This document shows positions 8,940-18,824 of a DNA stretch of 64,000 nucleotides, piece by piece. Numbering within the stretch: position 1 is the stretch's first letter; each line of letters begins with the position of its first letter. Under the pieces are notes generated by a model. It was given only the letters and a program-made list of their open reading frames with translations. It was not told where the DNA came from and ran no database searches. The stretch is from Candidatus Atabeyarchaeum deiterrae (GTDB lineage Archaea > Asgardarchaeota > Atabeyarchaeia > Atabeyarchaeales > Atabeyarchaeaceae). The stretch covers positions 992,001 through 1,056,000 of the forward strand of contig CP147780.1 in NCBI GenBank assembly GCA_037310415.1. Direction: 5' to 3'. The translations under genes were made by a program, and so were the position numbers.

Positions 8940-9956
8940 TCAATCGGTGTTCGTCTGAGGCAGACTGAGAGTCTGTTTGAATGTTGTCTCATACCTCTGT
9001 TTGACTTCTTTATATGTGAAGAGGTGTTCTTGTGGGCCTTCCCCCTCAACCACGAATGAGCCAACTATTGCTCCGAGCTTAGCTGAGTCCTCAAGAGAAA
9101 GTGAATTCAGTAGTCCAGCTAGAATCCCAGAACGGTAGCCGTCTCCTGCTCCAGTGGAGTCATGGAAAACTCTGGGTTTTGCTATTGGTATCTGCTTAAC
9201 ATAGCCGCGTCCGTATAGTTTTGACCCCTTTGATCCTTCCGTGACAATTACATTTGGTACATCCGACAGAATCTTCTCTATCGACGTATTCAACTTCCTT
9301 TTCACCAACTCAATCTCGTGAGTATTTGCTATCAGTAGCATAGACTTCGGGATTATCTCCATAAGCTGTTCGGGAGTGAATGCGGGAACAACCTGTCCAG
9401 GGTCGAATACAAACGGTATGCGAAGCTTGGCCAGTTCCTGCGTGTGGCTGACAAAAGCATCGACTGGGTTGGGAGCCACGATGGCGAGTTTGACTTTGTT
9501 GAGGTCACTCCCAAGCGCCTTTTTCAATGAAATTGCGCCTGCGTGCTTAAGCGCACCTGGGTGGAATATGGTAAGCTGGTTGTTCGTCGAATCGCTGATA
9601 ATGTAAGCAGCGGCTGTATGTTCATCGGGTTGCACAGTTAGCCTCACATCAACTCCCACTTTTCGAAGATGGCTATCATATTTCATTGCTACAAGATCTT
9701 GGCCGGCAGAAGAAACAGCGATCGCCCTTGTCCCAAGAAGCGCAAGGTTGTACGAGATGTTCCCAGCAGTTCCTCCAAACCTGACTCTCAAACTGCCCAC
9801 GTTGAATGAACCGACCAAGTTCTGGTCGGCATCTGGGACTATCACGTCTCTGAATCGGCCGTCGAACTTCATTATGTAATCGAAGGCGATTGAACCAAGA
9901 ACTAGGACGGCATTATCCATTCTTCTCACCATTTCTGGGAAATGTGATTCACGCAT
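8940..9956 (-). CDS. PfkB-family nucleoside/carbohydrate kinase; likely start ATG 9920
   Basis: GSIAFD, GGTAGNISY, FDPGQ, VTEGSKGS, DSTGAGDGYRSG. Confidence 0.88.
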   Translation of the reverse strand: MRESHFPEMVRRMDNAVLVLGSIAFDYIMKFDGRFRDVIVPDADQNLVGSFNVGSLRVRFGGTAGNISYNLALLGTRAIAVSSAGQDLVAMKYDSHLRKVGVDVRLTVQPDEHTAAAYIISDSTNNQLTIFHPGALKHAGAISLKKALGSDLNKVKLAIVAPNPVDAFVSHTQELAKLRIPFVFDPGQVVPAFTPEQLMEIIPKSMLLIANTHEIELVKRKLNTSIEKILSDVPNVIVTEGSKGSKLYGRGYVKQIPIAKPRVFHDSTGAGDGYRSGILAGLLNSLSLEDSAKLGAIVGSFVVEGEGPQEHLFTYKEVKQRYETTFKQTLSLPQTNTD

Positions 9957-10118
9957 GGTGATGAGACTGTATTATGAAACATTCCTCAACTCTGATTCCA
10001 CAAGTAATAATACTTTTCGGAAAAATTCAGACGTGATCTGCTTCGGAAACGCGGCATCTGTACAGAAGCTGGTGTTGGGAGTTCTGTGGGAAGAACTGCA
10101 ATGAAGTATTATCTCGTT

Positions 10119-10823
10119 CTATTTCTCTTTGCCATCAGACTTGTCAAGCTGTTTGAGAACAGAGAAGATTTCTGAGAGTCTGTTTATTTCGAACCTTGGT
10201 ATGCAATCTGATGTGGAAGGTTCCTCCGTCCGAAACTCCCCTCTGCGTATTCTAACGGATACGACTCCAGTTTCGTTAGCCGCCTTGATCTCTTTCTGAA
10301 TTTTCGCGCCAACGAAGACAGTTTCGTCAGCACTTACATTAAGAGCTTTTAGAATGTCCTTGAAGTTCTCACGTGAGAGCATGTCTCCTTCTGCGACGGT
10401 GACATGGTGAAATAGGTGTTGAAGACCGAGTCTGATGAGTTTTTCCCACTCTTTCACTGCTCTACCATAGGAAATCGCGCCAATACCGAATTTCTTGTCG
10501 CGCAAAGCAAGCAATGTGGGAATGGTTTCAGGAAAAGGTCTCAAGAAAGCAGCCTTAGTATCATGATAAGCTGCTATCGCAGCGGCTATGACTCTGTCTG
10601 TTCTGTTAACGCCGAGCTTTTGAAGAGTGACATCGAAGTGTTTGTCGAAATTGTCACCATATTCGGTTACGACAGTTTTCAATGCGTTGAAAGTGCTCTC
10701 GAAATCAAGAGGTATGCCAGCCTCCAACATTGCTCGGACAGCGTTGATTCTCGCCATGTAAGTCTGAAGCGAGGCATCATACAACGAGTCGTTGAGTCCA
10801 AAAAGCACACATTTTACTTTCAA
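10119..10823 (-). CDS. HAD-superfamily hydrolase homolog (archaeal subfamily IA type) with catalytic motifs substituted
   Basis: Fold pattern retained (AAIAAYHDTK, PFPETIPTL, EKLIRLGL); motif I reads FGLND and motif IV reads GAKIQKEI. Confidence 0.8.
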   Translation of the reverse strand: MKVKCVLFGLNDSLYDASLQTYMARINAVRAMLEAGIPLDFESTFNALKTVVTEYGDNFDKHFDVTLQKLGVNRTDRVIAAAIAAYHDTKAAFLRPFPETIPTLLALRDKKFGIGAISYGRAVKEWEKLIRLGLQHLFHHVTVAEGDMLSRENFKDILKALNVSADETVFVGAKIQKEIKAANETGVVSVRIRRGEFRTEEPSTSDCIPRFEINRLSEIFSVLKQLDKSDGKEK

Positions 10824-10825
10824 TT

Positions 10826-11920
10826 CTAGTATTTCACCACTTTAGTTAGCTTTTCGGGTTTGTCTGGGTCAAGGCCTTTCTTGATAGCTGCGTGAAAGGC
10901 GAACAGCTGAATAGGAACGATATAGACTATTGGGGTAAATATCTCATCAACTTTGCTTTCAACATTAATGCACTCAAACGATCGTCCATCGATGTCCCTT
11001 TCTTCTCCGTAGCATGTAACTAACACCATGCGGGCACCAAGTTCCCTGATGTTAGTAATACTCCTGATCGATTCCTCTCTTCCCTCTGAATGAGGCATAA
11101 ACACTAGAATGGGTGTCCCCTCATGAACCAACTGCATAGGTCCGTGAATGAATTCTCTCGTTGCAAAGCCTTCAGCAAAGATTTCTGCAGCCTCTTTGAG
11201 CTTGAGTGCTCCCTCAAGCGCGGTGGCATAGTTCGGTCCGCTACCCAACAGGAAGATGAACTTGTTAGATTTCAGCCTCTCCGCCAACCTGGTTACTTGG
11301 GTCTCAGTTGCAGAGAGCGTGTCCTTAACCCACTGCGGAACTTCCATTATTGTTTTCTTCAATCTGGACAAGGTTCCCTCATCAGACACTCTGAGTCTCT
11401 CGGCAGATGCAATTGCTATAGTAAACATTGTCGCGAGTTGGGCCGTATAGGTTTTTGTTGCCGTCAACGCCTTCTCTTCGCCAGCATATGTGTGAACACT
11501 CAAGTGAGCGAGTCTTGTCAGCGAGCTTCCAGGAGTATTCGTTATTGCAACCACAACGGAACCATTGTCGCGAGCGACTGTTGCAGCACTTAGGACGTCT
11601 GCGCTCTCACCAGACTGAGAAACAGCGAAAACCAATGACTTCTTACCCACTGCGCGAGGAACCCAGTATTTGAACTCAGAGGAAGGTATAACTGACGTTG
11701 AAGTCTTCGTTATTCCAGCCATGGCATATTGCCCAGCAAGTCCTGCGTGATAGCTTGTCCCACTACCAGTAATATAGATCAGATCAAAGTCCTTTGTTGG
11801 GTAGAGTTCTAAGAGCCTCTCCGCCTCAGGCGTACTTTTCTGAAGCGTTCTTGCAATCGCCTCAGGCTGCTCATAAATCTCTCTAAGCATCAAGTGGGAT
11901 GAGCCATCCTTCCCGCTCAT
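10826..11920 (-). CDS. SIS-domain sugar-phosphate isomerase/deaminase (GlmS C-terminal/GlmD-like, no glutaminase domain)
   Basis: MLREIYEQP, GSGTSYHA, SQSGES, ATKTY, EGALKLKE, HGP, GLDPDKPEKLTKVV. Confidence 0.88.
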   Translation of the reverse strand: MSGKDGSSHLMLREIYEQPEAIARTLQKSTPEAERLLELYPTKDFDLIYITGSGTSYHAGLAGQYAMAGITKTSTSVIPSSEFKYWVPRAVGKKSLVFAVSQSGESADVLSAATVARDNGSVVVAITNTPGSSLTRLAHLSVHTYAGEEKALTATKTYTAQLATMFTIAIASAERLRVSDEGTLSRLKKTIMEVPQWVKDTLSATETQVTRLAERLKSNKFIFLLGSGPNYATALEGALKLKEAAEIFAEGFATREFIHGPMQLVHEGTPILVFMPHSEGREESIRSITNIRELGARMVLVTCYGEERDIDGRSFECINVESKVDEIFTPIVYIVPIQLFAFHAAIKKGLDPDKPEKLTKVVKY

Positions 11921-12056
11921 GAACTCAAATCCTGTACGATTGTGGGAATAAAGTAATTATGCAATGACTGCACATCTCATCTCTAGATAAATCAACGAAA
12001 TGACTTAATAACGGTTTACATCGGAGGAGGCAATTGCCTTCTGGCTTTTCAGATGG

Positions 12057-12209
12057 CTATTTCTTTTCCCCCTGCTTTATCCAGTTTCTTATGGCTTCCT
12101 CGATGGCTTTGGTTATGTTTCCTTTTTTCATGCCGTAGCGCTTGAAGACGGCTTCCCTAAATTTCTGTTCGAGTTCCTCTGGGAGCATCACGTAGATTCT
12201 GACGTTCAC
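12057..12209 (-). CDS. Ribbon-helix-helix (CopG/MetJ-like) DNA-binding protein, 50 aa, not in the ORF track
   Basis: Manual translation from GTG 12209 to TAG 12057: MNVRIYVMLPEELEQKFREAVFKRYGMKKGNITKAIEEAIRNWIKQGEKK; alternating N-terminal strand plus two helices. Confidence 0.75.
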   Translation of the reverse strand: MNVRIYVMLPEELEQKFREAVFKRYGMKKGNITKAIEEAIRNWIKQGEKK

Positions 12210-12260
12210 TTTTTCTCACTGCCCCTTCTGTAGGCGTATGCCTTTATATGCTTAACCGTT

Positions 12261-12306
12261 TAAGGGTAAAAGATTTATGCCCGTAAGAGTATAAGGGTAT
12301 AAGGTG
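12261..12306 (+). repeat. 8-bp direct repeats TAAG(G/A)GTA in the divergent promoter region
   Basis: TAAGGGTA 12261, TAAGAGTA 12284, TAAGGGTA 12292, partial TAAGGTG 12300. Confidence 0.6.
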
Positions 12307-13302
12307 CTGAGAATGATTGAGCCAAACCCACCAATGGACCCTATGGCTTTGAGCCAGGAGGAGAGGAGCTACCTGCTTGGGCTGTACCTGACAGACGGCC
12401 ACGCGTGCAAGGAGGGAAGAAAAGAGTCCCGAGGCAAGATCTACTATTTCTTCCAGCCGAATGAGGGGGAAATAGCAGAAAGAGTTGTCAAACTCCTTGC
12501 GCGAGCCTCCTTGAAGCCTCACGTCTACCACTATGGGAACACGATTAGGGTCGCCGCCAGCTCTAAGAACCTCGACGAGTTCTACCCTGACAAGGCGGCT
12601 CTCTCAGAAGATGCCTCAGCCAGAAGGAGATTCTTCGAGGGCAACGACTTAGTATCCAACCTGCAGAGCCGCATTGCCTTCTGCGCTGGTCTTCTCGACG
12701 GCGACGGGACATGCAAAGCCCGCTTCCACAAGGTTCCCCCCGCAAACAGGAACAAGAGACTAAGTAGGATTGGGTGCTTCCACATTCAATGGTCTTTCTA
12801 CCAAATCAAGTACCATTTTCTAGTACACTACTTCCGCGATTTTGTGGAATCCCTAGCCCCAGATTCTATAGGCTTTGCTTACCGTGAAGGTATGCTGGAA
12901 GCAACATACATCAGAAGGCGAGGGAGGGAAGCCTTGATCAAGGCAGGAATCGCGAACTGGTCTTGGAAAGTTAGAAAATGCATCGAGTCAATTCCCAAGC
13001 TGCTTGAGGAGAGGAGGAGAGTCAGGGAAAAGGAAGAGTTAGAGAGAGCGAAAGAAATCGGCGAAGTTGGGATGAAACTCAAGGATGTGGCAAAAACGCT
13101 TGGTCTGCAACGGAAACTTCTTGCGAAGTGGCACTGTCGAGGGGCGTTTTGCGCTACACTTGTTCGTGAGGGCACTGGCATAGGGTACTTGGTGATACCG
13201 TGGGAAGAAGTTAAGCGCCTCAAATTGAGAGTCGGGAGGGCGCCGCAGATGGTTAATATCAGAGCTAAACGGACGGAGTCATCAGAAGGCGGCAGGAAGT
13301 GA
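12304..13302 (+). CDS. Free-standing two-motif LAGLIDADG homing-endonuclease-like protein with C-terminal HTH
   Basis: SYLLGLYLTDGH and AFCAGLLDGDGT; C-terminal MKLKDVAKTLGLQRKLLAKW..YLVIPWEEV resembles an excisionase/MerR-type HTH. Confidence 0.75.
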   Translation: MLRMIEPNPPMDPMALSQEERSYLLGLYLTDGHACKEGRKESRGKIYYFFQPNEGEIAERVVKLLARASLKPHVYHYGNTIRVAASSKNLDEFYPDKAALSEDASARRRFFEGNDLVSNLQSRIAFCAGLLDGDGTCKARFHKVPPANRNKRLSRIGCFHIQWSFYQIKYHFLVHYFRDFVESLAPDSIGFAYREGMLEATYIRRRGREALIKAGIANWSWKVRKCIESIPKLLEERRRVREKEELERAKEIGEVGMKLKDVAKTLGLQRKLLAKWHCRGAFCATLVREGTGIGYLVIPWEEVKRLKLRVGRAPQMVNIRAKRTESSEGGRK

Positions 13303-13627
13303 TTTGCGTGATCAATCAGAAAAAGACAAATAGGGGCTTAGTCGAGGTGCACGTGAATGGTGGGAGCAGACTTGACATGTCCAAATGCAGGGCGATCGAT
13401 CTCAGCCGGAATCGGAGGAATAAGACTGGCTTTTCAACAGGCGTTCATGAAAGAGATCGAATTCGTGTTCTCCAGCGAGATTCATTAGTGTTCGTTTTTT
13501 AACTGTGTGATTATAGTTACGCGTCTGTCTGAAAGCGACAAGTGCCGCCTAAGCTAGGTATATTAGCATAAGTTAGCTTCAAAGGGGTGGAGATCAGTTG
13601 GCTTTCATATGGTCTTGGAGTTGATAA

Positions 13628-14374
13628 GTGATGGAGAAAGACAAACCCTTCCCTGCACCAGAAGGAGTTCCTAATTTTGACTCTGGATCTCGGTCATCTC
13701 AGCTCCTAGTGTTTGGTGCTCATCCTGATGATGAAGTTGTGGGCATGGGTGGAACTATCGCGAAGTTTGCCAGAGCTCGTCATAATGTTTTCGTGGTCAT
13801 CTTCACGAAGGGTGAGGAGGGATATGCGCACCTGAATCTCAAAGACACAATAGCCCAAGTCCGGCAGAAGGAGATCGAGAAAGTGAGTGAGATTCTTGGA
13901 GTAAAGAAATATGAACTCCTTGGTAGACCAGACATGGGGCTGAAAAATGATAAAGAGACATTCAAGGAGACTATTCGAATGATCAGGATGTTCAAACCGG
14001 ACGCCGTTTTTACCCACTACAGGGTTGACAGGCACCGCGATCACATTGCAGCCTCAAGACTCGTAACGGAAGCTTTCTGGCAAGCAGGCGAATCAGTCTC
14101 AATGGAGCTGGGGCATCCATGGAAAAGTAAGGCGCTCTACTATTACGAGGAAGTTTGCCCTTTCAAGTTTCCTTCACATATAGTAGACATAAGTGAGACG
14201 TTCGAAGCTAAGATCGAGTCGATGAAGACTTACATGTCCCAGATTCCAGTGGTTCCTTTCATACTGAAAGGAATGGAGGGCCAAGCGATGGGAAGGGGGA
14301 CGGTGATTGGGGCGAAGTATGGTGAAGCCTTCCTTAGATCGAACGTGAATCCAAGAAGGGAGCTTGAATTCTAG
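13628..14374 (+). CDS. PIG-L/LmbE family N-acetyl-sugar deacetylase
   Basis: AHPDDE, FTKGEEG, HRDH, VDISETFEAKIES...SQ, YGEAF. Confidence 0.88.
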   Translation: MMEKDKPFPAPEGVPNFDSGSRSSQLLVFGAHPDDEVVGMGGTIAKFARARHNVFVVIFTKGEEGYAHLNLKDTIAQVRQKEIEKVSEILGVKKYELLGRPDMGLKNDKETFKETIRMIRMFKPDAVFTHYRVDRHRDHIAASRLVTEAFWQAGESVSMELGHPWKSKALYYYEEVCPFKFPSHIVDISETFEAKIESMKTYMSQIPVVPFILKGMEGQAMGRGTVIGAKYGEAFLRSNVNPRRELEF

Positions 14375-14554
14375 TTAGGATGCGCCTATGGTTTCCAGTT
14401 TGAACAGACCGAGCATCACCAGCTATATGACTGATGCGCACATAGGACACGTAATAATATGCGCCTGATTTTCTTCGGGTATCTTGATTAAGTAGCTGAA
14501 GAATAGAAACTTGCCAGTAATGGATCCGCCTTTTTCGGCCCCAGAAACGCTCAT

Positions 14555-16084
14555 ATGATTGAATCTCTCAAAAAGAAACGTCTTCTCCGTTTCACTGGAA
14601 TGGAGAAGAATAGTTTGAGGAGAGTGGAGAGAGTAAAACGATACGTTTTGATAGCGATAGTCATCGCCATGTTTACACTGCTGCCTGTGAGTTCCATCGC
14701 GGTAAACGGTTCAATAGGTCATCTGGACAAGGTGCAGAAACCAGTTAGTGGAGCTTCGTTTTCAAAGAATGCAGTCGCCGCTGAGCTTAAAGGAATCAAG
14801 GTAGAAGGTCTCTGCTTGGAGATTCCTCTCTTTGGGTACAGGATTAGCCTTATAGATCGGTGAATCATCTTGACTGGGACAACAGCGCCCTAATGACTCT
14901 GCGTGGCACTGCGGCGGATTCCCTCAGTGTGCATCTGGATCTCAAATATGGAATCTTCGAATACACGAACGTCTCTGTTGCTGGCAAGGAGTACGCCGAC
15001 TCAATTGGAAACGTCGCATACGATCTGGAGGCGAAGGATGTCCTGAGTGGGTTCTTCATGGGGTTGACGGTGTTGCCTGAGGTGACCTTCGTGGACATGG
15101 CTTTCGATGGAGGTGAGAGCCAGCTCTGTTATCGGGGGGTTGCAAGCGTTGGCAGTTCCTCGGCATATGTTCAAGGTTCTGGTAGTCTTCAAAGCTTGGC
15201 GTTGAATCAGTTCTCATTCTTGCTGCCTGACTACGCTTTTGGATATGCTTCCTTGTCTTACGGGGAGCTGAGTCAAGCGATGCTAGCAGACTGTTATAAC
15301 GGCATCCATGTCAGTGTGGATCCCTCGTACCAGGCGCGGCTTGAGTCTTCCACCAGCCTTGCGAGCGTTTCTCCTAACATTGTGATCCCAGACATCGGCA
15401 GCTACGGCATCGTACACCAGTTTGCCTATTACGGCGTTCTATCGCTTCCCGCGCAATTGGCAACAAATGGTATTTATTGGGGAGGTGTCTGCGTCGACAT
15501 GGGGATTAATCGAAGTCCCGCAAGTAAAGCCGAAGTGTTAAGCGACCTCCGAGAATACAACAAATGGTACACGAGTCCACATTGGGCCTACAGGAATAAT
15601 ATGCGTGTGTACGCGATCTATGCACATAGTGATTATGACGTGAATACTGTGTGGCACTCAAAACCTTATGGCGAAACGGGTGATGAGGTGATAACTTATG
15701 GAGAGGTTGCGGGGCTCTGGTATCACTCGTATAACCCTTCAACTCACGTGGAAATCGACGTGCATCCCAGAAGTACAGTGATTCTCGCCAATGTATGCTA
15801 CGGATACAACGGGACTGATGGAATACCCCATATGGCCAAGGCATTCGTTGACTACGGTGCAGCGGCATTCGTAGGAGCTACCGTCAGCGTGCCAGGTGAT
15901 ATATGCAACGATAATTTCAGTAGGGCCTTCTGGACAAGGTTGTGTAACCATCACGGGACTGTTAACACCGCCGCTAATGACCTCATAATATTCCACAACG
16001 TCTTCTATCAGACGCCCCAGGACCTACGACGTTGACATCAAAATATACGGGAACATCAATTATACGCTTCCCCTATACCCTTGA
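14555..16084 (+). pseudogene. Probable disrupted secreted protein with a C-terminal clan CD (C25/CHAT-like) peptidase domain; pieces 14555-14863, 14860-16035 and a +1-frame tail 16022-16084
   Basis: Signal peptide in the first piece; YAHSD, LANVCYG and MAKAFVDYGAAAFVG in the second; out-of-frame tail TYDVDIKIYGNINYTLPLYP. Confidence 0.55.
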
Positions 16085-16370
16085 AACGGTCGAGCTATCC
16101 TCCATCCCTTTTTTCTTTTGATTTGACGATTCTACTCAAGGTGTCTCCAAGAAAAGTGGCGCAAAAAGTGTCCTTACTGAGGTTTCCCGTCTGGGGAACT
16201 TTTCGTTGTCTCTGAGGGAAGTTGATGCAGGTTAGTTCAGTGTGGATCGTCGCACTCGAATCTCCAGTCCAACCACGGTTGCATGTGCGACGACAAGAAT
16301 AAATACATATGCAGTCTTTATAGATGATGATCATTCTTGAGTCAGGGTTCGCTGGGAGGGAAAACGTGTA

Positions 16371-17051
16371 GTGAACGGGAAACTATGTTCCATGGCAGTC
16401 TTACTTCTGGTACTCGCATCCCTCTCAGGCATACTCAATCCCTTGCTAGCAACAGTCTCGACAGAGGTCGGAGTTGAGGTAGGTGACATAGCGGACTACG
16501 TGTTCATTGAGGGGAATCTCGCTTGGCATTTCCAGCACACCCAAGTCACCAGTGTCTCCGGGGCTATCGTTTCGCTGAACGTGACAAGGTTCTACAAGAA
16601 TGGAACAGTTGATCCTTCTGGGAGCGGTGTTTTGACGGGTAACGTCTCGCGCGGTGACCTCTACTGGAATCTGATCACAGTAGGCTTGTCTGTGGGCGAT
16701 AGATGCGCTCCATCAAACTCTGGCGTTTCCTCCATAAACAAGACATTTACTGCAAGCATTGCTGGTCGGTCTAGAGTTGTCAACGAAGCATCGTTGGACC
16801 CATTTTCGTTATGGTGGGATCAAGCTACTGGGCTGATGGTCAGGATTTTCGATTCCTGGGGTGATTTTGACGTCACCTTGGTATCCACGACTGCTTTCGG
16901 TCTCGACTACTCGGCTATGTTTCTTGTGCTTGGATGCACTTTCGCAGTTATCGTTGCATCGATCGCGGTCGTGTTGGTCATCGTCAAGCGAGGCCAAGCG
17001 AGTAGGCGGATGACATCGGACAACAAGCATCAATACAGCAGGTCATCATAA
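16371..17051 (+). CDS. Secreted, C-terminally membrane-anchored surface protein
   Basis: Signal peptide, GVEVGDIADY, WWDQATGLMV, several N-x-S/T sequons, C-terminal TM plus basic tail. Confidence 0.7.
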   Translation: MNGKLCSMAVLLLVLASLSGILNPLLATVSTEVGVEVGDIADYVFIEGNLAWHFQHTQVTSVSGAIVSLNVTRFYKNGTVDPSGSGVLTGNVSRGDLYWNLITVGLSVGDRCAPSNSGVSSINKTFTASIAGRSRVVNEASLDPFSLWWDQATGLMVRIFDSWGDFDVTLVSTTAFGLDYSAMFLVLGCTFAVIVASIAVVLVIVKRGQASRRMTSDNKHQYSRSS

Positions 17052-17128
17052 GAGAAACGTAAGATGACATCTCATGAGTCTGCGCTAAGCGGAAAATCCC
17101 GATTCGCGCAAGTATCACCCGCGCATAT

Positions 17129-18092
17129 CTAGTCTGGTTGAGTTTCGGATGTGGCATAAAACACTTTGCGGGAATTCCTGACAGTTGGCGCAGTTACAGA
17201 GTCAGGAACACTCTTAGTTGTCAAAATACAGCCAAAGCTCTCCCCAAGAGCATGTGATCCGTAGTTATTGAAACCCTCACCATTAGTGAAGCCAGCTTTC
17301 ATCGCCACATCCTTCATCATGATCTCAATGAGGTTTGTGGCCATACCTTCCCGGTATCTTGCTTTCTGAGATTCCTTCAAGAACAATAGGGTATTGAAAT
17401 CAATAGCTATACCTCTTATTTTCAGGTCAGTTAGATACGCTTTCAATGCTTGAACCGAATCTCTGCCGAGGAAGGTTGTGTAATCGGTATTTGTCTTGGC
17501 CCGATGCAATCTTAGCGTGAGCAGTTGCCTATCTTCCGCAAGACTTCTTTCAACATCGCTATACTCAAGCTCGCAGAGAGTTGATTCATCCATCCCACTC
17601 TGAGACATCACAAGGATCATTGCTCGATCCCTCAGAGAAGCACAAAGTGTTTTACTTCCAAGTCGCTAAGTATTCTTCGAGTGTGGAGAACCTTTGGCTT
17701 TGGTAGCTTGCCTGCTCCCCTCGGCTTCAGGGAGATATCAAATGTCCCATAGAATGATCTAATAGCGTTCACATACATGATTGCAAACTTCGGACTGACG
17801 CCTTCACCAACTATCTCAAAGGTTTGAACCTACCACGAACCTTTCTTCTTGGCGCTTCATTGGTCAACCATTCATGGAATCCGAGCACTCGACGCTTAAC
17901 GATGTTCTGTCTTGTTCTCGGATCTTTCTTCTGGTCTTCTATTGCCTCATCAGCTAGCTCCGAAGGATTCTTATTGGTGAAATCTATGTATCGCCTTAAA
18001 GCACTTTGATAGCTGAGCCGCGTAGATTTCCTTAAGATACCGTCAAGCCATTTGTTGGCATCATCATACACCTCTACAAGCAACCGAAACAC
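17129..18092 (-). pseudogene. Tyrosine recombinase/integrase pseudogene (fragments 17811-18092 and 17129-17620)
   Basis: STRLSYQSALRRY (N-terminal domain); RDRAMILVMSQSG, RAKT..YTTFLG, PLF-like TLLF; HALGESF (HxxR with Arg to Gly); no C-terminal catalytic Tyr region; frames broken. Confidence 0.75.
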
Positions 18093-18131
18093 CTCTAACC
18101 TAATAGAAGCGCCCGTTTAAGCCTAAACCGT

Positions 18132-18686
18132 ATGTTCATCTATATTCTAGTTCACGTTGAAAGCGATGGCAAGGGTGAGAACTCGAAGCAGGTGACTAGA
18201 TTAATGCAAGGATCCAGAGATGGTCTGTTCAAGGAGGAATATAAGACATGGCAGAGGACCAACATTGAGAACATAGTAGCTATGTTGCGGCCAATGCAAA
18301 GCCTCCATGGCGAGAATGTCATTAAACTTGCTTCGGTGGCTTATTTGTCACTGATCCGTCAAAGGTGGAAGAGAATCGGAGACGAATCTGGAAACAGGAG
18401 TATGTCAGAACTCTTCAGTAGACTCTGGGAGACATCCAAGAGCTTGTTTTCTTATGAAGTTGTCCAGAAAGATGAGAACTCGTTGTTGTTGGTCGTCAGC
18501 TCATGTTTTTGGGCAGATGAATTTAGAAGACTTGGCGCCCCAGAAATAGGCTATGAGCTTTGTTGTATGGCTGACTTTTATATTACTGAAGGATTTAACC
18601 CCTCGATTATCTATAGCAGAGACAAAACCATAATGAGAGGGGACAGTTACTGCGACCATCACTATGTGATGGCTAGGAAGCAATGA
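18132..18686 (+). CDS. L-2-amino-thiazoline-4-carboxylic acid hydrolase-like (V4R-related) protein
   Basis: CFWA..F, GYELCCMAD, GFNP, RDKTIMRGDSYCDH. Confidence 0.75.
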   Translation: MFIYILVHVESDGKGENSKQVTRLMQGSRDGLFKEEYKTWQRTNIENIVAMLRPMQSLHGENVIKLASVAYLSLIRQRWKRIGDESGNRSMSELFSRLWETSKSLFSYEVVQKDENSLLLVVSSCFWADEFRRLGAPEIGYELCCMADFYITEGFNPSIIYSRDKTIMRGDSYCDHHYVMARKQ

Positions 18687-18824
18687 GATCATTGTAACGC
18701 TTATTACTTTGCAGGCGTTGGTATGTCACTCTGAGTGTGACAGCGATTACTATACTCAGATTATGGTGTCGCTTGACCACCTGTTCCAACTGTATCTCAA
18801 TGCCAATAACTAGGAGGTTCTTCC

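Noticed and set aside
13299-13502. 67-aa ORF overlapping the LAGLIDADG stop (GTGA)
   Set aside because: No recognisable motif or composition support; may be chance
14583-14607. TTCCAGTGAAAC on the minus strand resembling a mini-ORB origin box, within an imperfect inverted repeat
   Set aside because: Single copy, inside an ORF, with no cdc6/orc1 or AT-rich unwinding element nearby
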